A program made the translations under genes and the position numbers. From Halomicronema hongdechloris C2206 (GTDB lineage: Bacteria > Cyanobacteriota > Cyanobacteriia > Phormidesmidales > Phormidesmidaceae), in NCBI RefSeq assembly GCF_002075285.3, contig NZ_CP021983.2:3090001-3122000 (forward strand): a stretch of DNA of 32,000 nucleotides, read 5' to 3'. Positions 8,466-16,279 of this stretch are shown in pieces (position 1 is the first letter of the stretch; the number at the start of each line of letters is the position of its first letter). The notes under the pieces are model-generated. The model was not told where the DNA came from and did no database searches. It saw nothing but the letters and a program-made list of their open reading frames with translations.

Positions 8466-9533
8466 GTGCAGGTAGTGGCCCTGGGGCGGCTGGAACCCGA
8501 GGGCCGGGTGGTGGATGTAGCCGCCCCCGACAGTGGTCGCATCAGCCGCATTGTCGTGGAGGAAGGGGAGCGAGTCGAGGCGAATCAGGTCGTGGCCTAT
8601 CTCGATCTCTACGAGGTGCGGCTGGCCGAGCGCGACTATGCCGCCAGTCAACTGAGCGAGGCCCAATCCATTCTGGCGGCAGAGACCCAGGCAGGGGAGT
8701 CTCGCATTCGCGAGGCCAACACCCGCATTGACCAGATCGATCGGCCCCAGGCGGCTGCTATCGCGGCTCAGACCTCTCGCATTGAAGGGCTCCAGGCCGA
8801 ACTCAGGCTGGCTCAACTGGACCTAAACCGGTTTCGACAACTGTATGAGAACGGCGCCATTCCCCGCCAGGACTTGGATCGCCAGCAGGCCGATGTGGAT
8901 CGCCTACAGGCAGATCTCGCCAGTGCCGAGGCCAGCAAGCTGCAGCTGCAACAGGCTCGGGTCAGTGATCTCAGCAATGCCCAGGCCCAGGTAAACTCGG
9001 CCCAGGCCAATCTCACCCTGGCCCAAGCCCAAACTCGGGTAGATTCGGCTGCCCGCAATCTGGCCCTGGCCGAGGAACAACTGGAGCGGACCCTGGTGCG
9101 TGCCCCCCGCGCTGGCCAGGTGTTGCGGCTCTATGTGGAGCCGGGGGAGGCCGTCTCGAATCTGGAGGGTAGCCCGGTCTTGGCCCTGGGCAATACCGAG
9201 CAGATGTATGTGGTAGCAGAAGTCCATGAGACCGATGTGGAGCAGGTGGAGGTGGGGCAAGCGGCCACCATCACCAGCCGCAATGGCGCCTTCGACCAGA
9301 CCCTAAGCGGCACTGTGGAGCAGGTGGGACTGCAGATTTTTAAAAACGATGTCCTCGATGATGACCCCGCCGCCAATGCCGATGCCCGAGTGGTGGAGGT
9401 GCGGATTCGGATTGCCCCCGATGATAGCGAAATAGTGGCAGGGTTGACTAACCTGCAAGTGGATGTGGCCATCGACATCGAGCCGACTACCGAGGAAACT
9501 CTCAGCCCAGCGGTGCCTAGCCCGCAAGGATAA
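8466..9533 (+). CDS. devB: HlyD/DevB-family periplasmic adaptor (membrane fusion protein) of a DevBCA-type ABC exporter
   Basis: VVALGRLEPEGRVVDVAAP start, a long coiled-coil hairpin and a C-terminal beta-barrel region. The stop overlaps the ATG of the next gene (TAATG). The expected N-terminal TM anchor lies in another frame (8306-8465; see finding). Confidence 0.8.
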   Translation: MQVVALGRLEPEGRVVDVAAPDSGRISRIVVEEGERVEANQVVAYLDLYEVRLAERDYAASQLSEAQSILAAETQAGESRIREANTRIDQIDRPQAAAIAAQTSRIEGLQAELRLAQLDLNRFRQLYENGAIPRQDLDRQQADVDRLQADLASAEASKLQLQQARVSDLSNAQAQVNSAQANLTLAQAQTRVDSAARNLALAEEQLERTLVRAPRAGQVLRLYVEPGEAVSNLEGSPVLALGNTEQMYVVAEVHETDVEQVEVGQAATITSRNGAFDQTLSGTVEQVGLQIFKNDVLDDDPAANADARVVEVRIRIAPDDSEIVAGLTNLQVDVAIDIEPTTEETLSPAVPSPQG

Positions 9534-10681
9534 TGAAACGGGTCCCGTTAGCCTGGTACAACTTACTGCGCGATCGCACCCGGCTGACCGTGGCCATCTT
9601 TGGGGTGGCCTTCGCGGTGCTGCTGATCTTTATGAATCTGGGCTTTCTGGGGGCCTTGATTGCTACGGCCACCAATGTCTATACCCAGCTCAATGCGGAG
9701 TTGTTCCTGATCTCGCCCCAGTCCTTAGAACTCAGCAGCACCGAGCCCTTTCCCCGGGAGCGCCTATATCAGGCGGGGGGTATTGCCGGGGTAAAGCAGG
9801 TGATGCCCCTCTATACCGATTACATTCTCTGGCGCAATCCCGAGACCCGCATCAGCCGGGCCATGTTTGTCTATGGCATCAACCCCGAGGACCCGGTGTT
9901 CCTGATGCCAGAACTGCAGCGCCCCGAGACCATCGAGCAGTTGCAGCGGCCCAACACGGTGTTGTTCGATCGGTTGTCGCGGCCAGAATTTGGCCCCCAA
10001 ACCCCGGGCCTGGAAACCGAAGCCGACCGACGACGGGTGGTGATCGGCGGCCAATATACCCTGGGGGGCGGCTTCGCCGCCGATGGCACCGTGATCATGA
10101 GCGACCAGAACTTCCGTCGCTTCCTGGCGCCGCGGCCCCTGGATACGATTAATCTGGGCCTGATCCAGCTGCAACCAGGGGCGGTGCCTGAGCGGGTGGC
10201 GGCAGCGATGCGATCGCAACTGCCAGAAGACGTGCTGGTGCTGACCAAGGAGCAAATCATCGCCCGCGATAGTCGCTTCTGGATTCAGACTACCTCCATC
10301 GGCTTCATCTTCGGCCTCGGGGTGATCGTCTCCCTGGTCGTGGGCGTGGTGATTGTCTACCAGATTCTCTACTCCGACATTCGCGATCACCTGCGGGAAT
10401 ACGCCACCCTGAAGGCCATGGGCTACAGCGGTCGGTATCTATTCATCGTGGTGCTGCAGGAATCGGTGCTATTAGCCCTGATGGGCTATGTGCCGGGGCT
10501 GGTCGTCTCCCTGGGGCTCTACACCCTGACGGTGACAGCGACGGCCGGCAGCCTGCCCATTACCATGACCGGGTTTCGCGTCGTCTTCGTGCTGGCCCTG
10601 ACCATTCTCATGTGTGGCCTCTCCGGCCTGATATCGGTGCGGCGGGCCGTCACCGCCGATCCGGCGGAGGTGTTCGGCTGA
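9533..10681 (+). CDS. devC: DevC-like ABC exporter permease (FtsX/MacB-type), paralog 1
   Basis: 382 aa. N-terminal TM, a large periplasmic domain, then the C-terminal FtsX-type motif EYATLKAMGYSGRYLF plus 3 TM helices, ending in ADPAEVF. Confidence 0.8.
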   Translation: MKRVPLAWYNLLRDRTRLTVAIFGVAFAVLLIFMNLGFLGALIATATNVYTQLNAELFLISPQSLELSSTEPFPRERLYQAGGIAGVKQVMPLYTDYILWRNPETRISRAMFVYGINPEDPVFLMPELQRPETIEQLQRPNTVLFDRLSRPEFGPQTPGLETEADRRRVVIGGQYTLGGGFAADGTVIMSDQNFRRFLAPRPLDTINLGLIQLQPGAVPERVAAAMRSQLPEDVLVLTKEQIIARDSRFWIQTTSIGFIFGLGVIVSLVVGVVIVYQILYSDIRDHLREYATLKAMGYSGRYLFIVVLQESVLLALMGYVPGLVVSLGLYTLTVTATAGSLPITMTGFRVVFVLALTILMCGLSGLISVRRAVTADPAEVFG

Positions 10682-11865
10682 TGTTCAGGCCCATGTTCAG
10701 GCGCACTCCCCTAGCCCTGCTCAACCTGATCCACGATCGGCGTAAGTTTCTCACCTCCCTGGCCGGCGTCAGCTTTGCGGTGCTGCTGATGTTCCTCTTC
10801 AACGGCTTCATGAATGCCCTCTACGACAGCCAATTGCAGCTGCTGCAGCGGCTCAACGGCGAGATCATCGTGATCAACCGGCTCAAGACCACCATGTTTG
10901 TGCCCCGCTCCTTCGCCCGACGCCGCCTCTACCAGGCCCGGGCCCTGGCTGGGGTCGTCGATGCCTATCCCCTCTACACCAGCGAGGCCAACTGGAAAAA
11001 CCCCGAAACCCGCAAGACCCGGCCGGTACGAGTGCTGGCCTTTAACCTGGCCGACCCAGTGCTGCCCCTACCAGGGGTGCTGGCCAACTTAGAGGCCTTA
11101 AAACAACCTAATACCGCCCTGATCGACACCCAGGCCCGGGCCGAAGTGGGGCCCACCCGAGCCGGCCTCAGCAGCGAACTGGCCGAGCGCCGGATCCACA
11201 TCGTCGGCACCTTCAGCTTGGGCACCGACTTTGCCGCCGGCAATGGCAACCTGATCATGAGTGATGTCAACTTCCTGCGCTACTTTGCCAACCGCGGGCC
11301 CGAGGAAGATGAGCGCAGCTTTGCCACCGCCGACATCGGCTTAATCAAGGTGGCCCCCGACGCCGATATCGAGCGGCTGGTGCAAACCCTGCGGGATACC
11401 CTGCCCAATGATGTGCTGGTGTTGCCGCGGGATGGCCCGGAGGGGTTCGTGCAGCGGGAGCGCATCTACTGGCAGGACAATACCAACATCGGCTTCGTCT
11501 TCACCCTGCTGACGGTGATGGGCTTCGTGGTGGGCATCATCCTGGTCTATCAGATTCTCTACACCGATGTGGCCGATCACTGGTCAGAATATGCCACCCT
11601 AAAAGCCATGGGTTACAACAATCAATTTTTTATCGGGGTGGTGATTCAAGAAAGCGTGCTGTTGTCTATGATCGGCTTCATTCCTGGGTTCTTGGTCAGC
11701 AGTTTGCTGTATGCTCTGGCAGCCGGCACCACCGGCTTGGTCTTCAAAATGACCCTAACCCGCGTGCTTGCTCTCTATGGGCTCACCCTGCTGATGTGTT
11801 TGATTTCAGGGGCCATGGCCATGCGCAAGGTGCAATCTGCCGATCCGGCGGAGGTGTTTAACTAA
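10681..11865 (+). CDS. devC: DevC-like ABC exporter permease, paralog 2
   Basis: The start was taken at the ATG overlapping the upstream stop (TGATG): MFRPMFRRTPLALLNL. Architecture matches paralog 1 (EYATLKAMGYNNQFF ... ADPAEVFN). Confidence 0.8.
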   Translation: MFRPMFRRTPLALLNLIHDRRKFLTSLAGVSFAVLLMFLFNGFMNALYDSQLQLLQRLNGEIIVINRLKTTMFVPRSFARRRLYQARALAGVVDAYPLYTSEANWKNPETRKTRPVRVLAFNLADPVLPLPGVLANLEALKQPNTALIDTQARAEVGPTRAGLSSELAERRIHIVGTFSLGTDFAAGNGNLIMSDVNFLRYFANRGPEEDERSFATADIGLIKVAPDADIERLVQTLRDTLPNDVLVLPRDGPEGFVQRERIYWQDNTNIGFVFTLLTVMGFVVGIILVYQILYTDVADHWSEYATLKAMGYNNQFFIGVVIQESVLLSMIGFIPGFLVSSLLYALAAGTTGLVFKMTLTRVLALYGLTLLMCLISGAMAMRKVQSADPAEVFN

Positions 11866-12662
11866 TGGACCCGGCCCCATCGTCCCAGTCTGCAGCCCCA
11901 GAGGCAGCCACAGCCTCTGCAGAGGCAGACCTGGCGGTGCGGGTGCGCGGGCTGAATTATGCCTTCGGTCGGGGAGACCTGCGGAAGCAGGTGCTATTCG
12001 ATATCGGTCTGGATCTGCCTAAGGGCCAGATCGTGATCATGACCGGCCCCTCCGGCTCTGGTAAGACCACGCTGCTGACCCTGATTGGGGCCCTGCGGCG
12101 GGCCAGCGACGGCAGCCTGCAGGTGTTGGGACGGGAGCTGGTGGGCCTCAATGATCGCCAGCTGGTGGCGGTGCGGCGCAACATCGGCTTTATCTTCCAG
12201 TCCCATAACTTATTTGAGTCCTTGACGGCGGCGCAGAATGTGGAGATGGCGGTGGAGTTGACCGGTCGCTTCCAGAGCAAGCGGCAGCAGGCCCTAGATA
12301 TCCTCACCCAGCTCGGCCTCAAGGATCGGGCCGACTATAAGCCGGAGGCCCTCTCTGGCGGTCAGAAGCAGCGGGTTGCGATCGCACGGGCCCTGGTCAA
12401 CCAACCCCAGCTGATCCTGGCCGACGAACCCACCGCCGCCCTAGACAAGAAATCCGGCCGCGATGTGGTGATGCTGATGCAGCGGCTGGCCCAGGAAGAA
12501 AACCGCACTATCCTGATGGTGACCCACGACAACCGTATCCTGGATGTGGCCGACCGCATCATCAATCTGGTCGATGGCACCCTGGAAGCCGACGATAACC
12601 TAGAGCACTTCATCGCCTCCCACGATCCCAAGGCCCTAGATCGGCGCATGTTTATTCTGTAA
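11865..12662 (+). CDS. devA: DevA-like ABC transporter ATP-binding protein
   Basis: Walker A GPSGSGKTT, signature LSGGQKQR and Walker B LILADEPT. The start overlaps the upstream stop (TAATG). Confidence 0.9.
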   Translation: MDPAPSSQSAAPEAATASAEADLAVRVRGLNYAFGRGDLRKQVLFDIGLDLPKGQIVIMTGPSGSGKTTLLTLIGALRRASDGSLQVLGRELVGLNDRQLVAVRRNIGFIFQSHNLFESLTAAQNVEMAVELTGRFQSKRQQALDILTQLGLKDRADYKPEALSGGQKQRVAIARALVNQPQLILADEPTAALDKKSGRDVVMLMQRLAQEENRTILMVTHDNRILDVADRIINLVDGTLEADDNLEHFIASHDPKALDRRMFIL

Positions 12663-12681
12663 ATCCCCGTCACCCCCTCCC

Positions 12682-13164
12682 ATGACCATTTCCTTCGCCA
12701 GTCAGATTCAAGAACTGAGCTACCGCAAAGTCGCCGACTATCTGCAGTCCTCTAATCTGTTTAAAGAGACAGTGCGGGCCGACACTGACCAGCCTCGCTT
12801 CGACAGTCTCTATGGCTCTACCCTGGTGGAAATCGAAGTGCTGCCCTGGGAGGTGCATCCCTGGGAAGCGGCGGATCTGGCCACGGTGCGGGCCACCAGT
12901 TGTGTCACCGTGGGCAGCAGCATCAACGCCCAGCTGATGCACTTCCTGCTGACGGAGAACCGACGCATGCGCTTCGGCGCCTTCCATCTAGACGAGGCCA
13001 ATCAGGTGCTGTTCTCCGAGAGTGTCTTGGGGGGCGAGAATATGGACCTGATGGAGCTGCAGACCTGCATTCTCTCGGTGGTCACCATCGCCGATACCTA
13101 CGACGACATCATCGCCCAGCGGTTCGGCGGCCAACGGGCCGTCGACCGCCTAGCCAAATCGTAA
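12682..13164 (+). CDS. YbjN-like domain protein (tentative)
   Basis: 160 aa. The GAFHLDEANQVLFSESVLGGENMDLMELQTCILSVVTIADTYDDII pattern resembles cyanobacterial YbjN-family proteins as I recall them. Confidence 0.5.
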   Translation: MTISFASQIQELSYRKVADYLQSSNLFKETVRADTDQPRFDSLYGSTLVEIEVLPWEVHPWEAADLATVRATSCVTVGSSINAQLMHFLLTENRRMRFGAFHLDEANQVLFSESVLGGENMDLMELQTCILSVVTIADTYDDIIAQRFGGQRAVDRLAKS

Positions 13165-13171
13165 ACGCCCT

Positions 13172-13870
13172 ATGCTGAGCTCCCTGCTGACGCGGCTGCA
13201 TCGCCGCTATCCCACCGCTAGCCTCACCGCCGACCTGCTGATGGTCCATGACGGTAACTTCGTGGTGCGATCGCAGGTGGCCATCAACGGCATCGTCGTC
13301 GCCTCCAGCCTCGCCGCCGCCACCACCGTAGAAGCCGCCGAAGACCGGGCCAAGCTGCGGGCCTTGCAGGCCATAGACTTGGGCGACACCACTGACCCGC
13401 CATCCCCAAAATCAGACGCCTTTCCTGAGTCAGAAGCAACGCCAGCACCCCCGGCAAAATCCCCGCCGCCCGCCGCTGCGAAAGCGCCAGCTCCTGCAAA
13501 CAAGTCCTCAGATTCCCCTACAGAGGAGCCGACTCAGCCCCCTGCCGCGCCTGCCAGTGCTCAAGCAACTCCCCCGAAACCAGACCCGACGACTACCCAT
13601 CCCTGCAACGGTTCTGCCTCTCCACCTCAACCGTCAGCACCGCCTACCTCCGTCAACAATGCCGCTGCCCCGACTGCCCCAGGAGATACCCCCATCGACC
13701 TCTCCGACATCATCGCCCAGACAGATGTAGAACTGCAGCGGCTGGGATGGACCGTAGCCCAGGGACGCGAATACCTAGAAGCCACCTACGGCAAACGCTC
13801 CCGCCACGACCTCAGCGACGAAGAGCTGTTGGAGTTTCTGCTGCACCTAGAAGCTCAACCCAGTCCCTGA
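13172..13870 (+). CDS. Hypothetical protein with a central Pro/Ala-rich low-complexity linker
   Basis: 232-aa ORF. Both termini look structured, separated by a ~100-aa P/A/S-rich region. Confidence 0.55.
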   Translation: MLSSLLTRLHRRYPTASLTADLLMVHDGNFVVRSQVAINGIVVASSLAAATTVEAAEDRAKLRALQAIDLGDTTDPPSPKSDAFPESEATPAPPAKSPPPAAAKAPAPANKSSDSPTEEPTQPPAAPASAQATPPKPDPTTTHPCNGSASPPQPSAPPTSVNNAAAPTAPGDTPIDLSDIIAQTDVELQRLGWTVAQGREYLEATYGKRSRHDLSDEELLEFLLHLEAQPSP

Positions 13871-14109
13871 TCATCAACAGCAACTGTGCTGTCCCCATAA
13901 CCATAGCGGTAGTCACTTTGCTTAGATGCCGTTCACCCCGAGCGGAGTCGAGGGGCACTATATCAAATCCGCTAAGACAGGCAACATTACGATGATGTAT
14001 CACAACTGCAATCCGTCATTCCGGGCAAGCGCAGCGCGACCTGGAATCCAGGCAGAGGGCTGTGCTATCCGCACAGAACTTCTCGGCGGAGATTTTCAGG
14101 GATGGGATT

Positions 14110-14362
14110 CTGGCTATGCCCTCGGGGTACGCCTGCCCTGGACCTGCGGCTGTCGGTGGGTGGTGGTAGATCTCGATAAGACCGCACTTGGCTGTCTTAA
14201 TCAGAGGGCTCACCCGAGGGGATTTCGTTCCCCTCGGACTCCGACGACCAGGGCAAACCGCCTGTGGTGTTCGCAAAGCGGCTCCGCTCGTAGTGAGCGA
14301 AGTCGAACTGCAGGAGCAACGCAGTCGAACCACCGCCCTGGACCCAGCGGAAGGGCTGATCT
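14110..14362 (-). repeat. Inverted copy of the 7888-8206 repeat family, with an ~80-nt insertion in the hairpin-1 loop, plus the start of a further copy
   Basis: The reverse complement reads cccttccgctgggtccagggc-[~80 nt]-gccctggtcgtcggagtccgaggggaacgaaatcccctcgggtgagc...gtgcggtcttatcgagatctacc, then ccgcaggtccagggcagg. Confidence 0.8.
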
Positions 14363-14824
14363 GTGGGTGGTCTAGATCACGTTGCATCGGTGAGGAGGCG
14401 TCCTGGCATTTGGGGTAGATGTCGTGGGGCCAGGCTTGACGCCCTGGATTCCTGCAGCGGCGGGAATCGTCCATGGCGCTGACGCGCCACACCAAACGAT
14501 GAAAATCGTGTTTACTTTCAGAACAATGACAGAGAACTGTTTTCCTAGGTGAATTAACCGGATTTGATATAACCATAATGGCTGCCGCTATAGAGGAAGC
14601 GCAGCGTCTGAAGAGATAGGCGGGGCCACTTTCACGAGTCGGGCTGACTCCTAGACCGCTGCTGGAACCCAGGCAGCAGTAGCCATGCCATTAAGACAGG
14701 ACATCGTCGAAGGCGATGATCCTTCAGTACTTCAGCAGCCCCCTCGCTTACCGTCTCCATCCCTACTGCTAGCACTTGCAGCGATAACCCTGAGGGATTT
14801 AAACAACCCGTTTGATGCGAAAGA

Positions 14825-15056
14825 GATACCACTATCACCTTTAGTAACATAGATGTTTTTTAACGAGGTGCCGCTAGCTCGTTTAGTAACATGAATGTTT
14901 TTTAACGAGGTACCACTATCACCTTTAGTAACATCAATGTTTCTTAACTAGATACCACTATCACTCGGAGAGATACCACTATCACTTTTAACAACATGGA
15001 TGTTTCTTAACTAGATACCGCTATCACCTTTAGTAACATGGATGTTTCTTTAGTTG
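14825..15056 (+). repeat. 42-43-nt tandem direct-repeat array, 5 full units plus one 21-nt half unit
   Basis: Units start at 14825, 14868, 14910, 14952 (half), 14973 and 15015. The consensus is approximately (g)ataccactatcacctttagtaacatNgatgtttYttaacNag. Units abut with no spacers. Confidence 0.9.
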
Positions 15057-15385
15057 ATGACCCTAGGTGGGAAACTAGCAGTCATAGGGTAGTGATCCCC
15101 TGCTGTAGATTTTTTTGGGCAGAGACATGGGTGGGATATGTCTCAATTCCTGACGCCGCCCATCGTGATCTCGAACTCTTCGAAACCCTGAACCCGATCC
15201 TGCAGGCCCTGAGCCAATTGTGTTTCTTGGTGAAAGATACCGGCAGTGAAGCCTACACCGCCGCCCGAGCGGCTTATAAATCTATCAAGACCAGCGGGAA
15301 GGGCATCAGCCTGGATGAGGTGATCGATAATCTGAAACAACAGTTTCAACGGTCTCGCCGACCCGCGACGGCCAAGGCTGAGTAA
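15038..15385 (+). CDS. Hypothetical protein (115 aa); the start codon lies inside the last tandem-repeat unit
   Basis: ORF only. The C-terminal half looks helical and coding-like (LELFETLNPILQALSQL...). The start is uncertain. Confidence 0.4.
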   Translation: MDVSLVDDPRWETSSHRVVIPCCRFFWAETWVGYVSIPDAAHRDLELFETLNPILQALSQLCFLVKDTGSEAYTAARAAYKSIKTSGKGISLDEVIDNLKQQFQRSRRPATAKAE

Positions 15386-15416
15386 CTGCGATTAACTGAA
15401 CTCTTTGTTGGTCTAC

Positions 15417-15450
15417 AGCAGGGGCATCCTTCGGGGTGCTTCTTTTCGTT
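15417..15450 (+). terminator. Putative rho-independent terminator
   Basis: Hairpin gcatcc-ttcg-gggtgc followed by ttcttttcgtt. Confidence 0.5.
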
Positions 15451-15489
15451 GAGGAGATTGACCACTAGATAAGCCCGGCATTGGAGGTA

Positions 15490-15694
15490 TTATCCAGCAG
15501 TTTTGACGGATAACATCCCTAATCTCCAGGATTAACCATAAAATCTGCTCGATAACACCCTGAGACCTCGGACTTATCAATCAAATAGTCCGTTTAATTC
15601 CTTAAAAACCGGGTATTATCCCGTAGATCTGATAGATAATGTGGGGTATAGGGGGTCTTATCCAGCAGATCTGGCACTTAATACATAGTTATGC
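15490..15694 (+). promoter_or_regulatory. attI-like region: four TTATC(C/G)NGYAG sites ending in GTTATGC
   Basis: ttatccagcag at 15490-15500 and 15658-15668, ttatcccgtag at 15616-15626, and an inverted ctgctcgataa at 15545-15555. The GTTATGC core at 15688-15694 has the same sequence as the R' boxes at 17800 and 19887. Confidence 0.5.
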
Positions 15695-15709
15695 CGCGCA
15701 AGCAACGCT

Positions 15710-16138
15710 ATGCCGCCGAATGAGTACAGCCGAAACGACGTGGACGAACCCGTTGAGGTCGTTGCCTACGATCCGGCATGGCCCGAAGCCTTCAAGTGCG
15801 AGCAGGCCGCGCTCCTCCCTCTGCTCAGCCCTGAAGCGGTCGCCGCCGAGCACTTCGGGAGCACGGCGGTTCCGGGCCTCACCGCCAAGCCAGTCGTGGA
15901 CGTGTTGATCGGGCTGCGGCATTATCCGCCATCCGAGCGAGTGCTGGCTACGCTGAGCCAGTCGGGGTACGTGTGCTTGGGAGAGGCGGGCGTGCCCGGG
16001 CGCCACTACTGCCGGAAGCGCGAGGCGGCAAGAGCGACCGGGCGCTTACTTGCGTACTCGGAACGGAAGGCAGACGTCATGGCGTCGTTGCTGGAGCGGG
16101 CGCGAGCTTGGGCGGGTTTGCCCTCAGGCGCGGCATAA
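15710..16138 (+). CDS. GrpB-family protein, probably internally deleted (cassette A)
   Basis: VEVVAYDPAWPEAFKCEQAAL ... EHFGSTAVPGLTAKPVVDVLIG ... GEAGVPGRHY is GrpB-like. It then jumps to a C-terminal-like AYSERKADVMASLLERARAW without the expected central His-containing segment. At 142 aa it is shorter than the roughly 170-190 aa I recall as typical for this family. GC is very high. Confidence 0.55.
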   Translation: MPPNEYSRNDVDEPVEVVAYDPAWPEAFKCEQAALLPLLSPEAVAAEHFGSTAVPGLTAKPVVDVLIGLRHYPPSERVLATLSQSGYVCLGEAGVPGRHYCRKREAARATGRLLAYSERKADVMASLLERARAWAGLPSGAA

Positions 16139-16259
16139 CCAGCGGCTGCACGCGGACGCAGGGCCGGTGCGTCTGGATTACCGCTTCGCTATTTTGCAAG
16201 CTCACTACTTCGGCTGGCCGTCGGCGCACCCTGCGCCGGTGAGCCGCGAGCCGTTAGAC
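16133..16259 (+). other. attC-like site of cassette A (127 nt)
   Basis: R'' GCATAAC (16133-16139, containing the GrpB stop) is the exact complement of the cassette start G|TTATGC. The L stems are gcggctGcac (16142-16151) and gtgagccgc (16239-16247), with one extrahelical G. R' is GTTAGAC at 16253-16259. Confidence 0.7.
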
Positions 16260-16279
16260 GGCATTGAGGACGGTTGCGA

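Noticed and set aside
8306-8731. 141-aa ORF as an independent gene
   Set aside because: Only the first ~45 codons (the TM anchor) look real. The rest is an out-of-frame overlap with devB. It is treated as a frameshifted devB N-terminus.
9463-10390. Alternative-frame and antisense ORFs within the devC genes (9463..10152+, 9764..10390-, 9871..10260-); the same pattern occurs in EamA (22528..23118+) and gcvP (27633..28166- and others)
   Set aside because: They lie fully within strongly supported genes. High GC keeps the off-frames open, and the translations are Arg/Gly/Pro-rich.
13926-14576. ORFs 13926..14375(+) and 14016..14576(-) as candidate genes, or as remnants of an integron integrase next to the attI-like site
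   Set aside because: Both run across the hairpin repeat element. Their translations are Arg/Pro/Gly-rich nonsense with no tyrosine-recombinase motifs (no R..HxxR..Y pattern). No IntI-like ORF exists anywhere in the window.
14825-15056. Possible CRISPR array
   Set aside because: The repeat units abut directly with no unique spacers, the units are 42-43 nt and degenerate, and there are no cas genes in the window.
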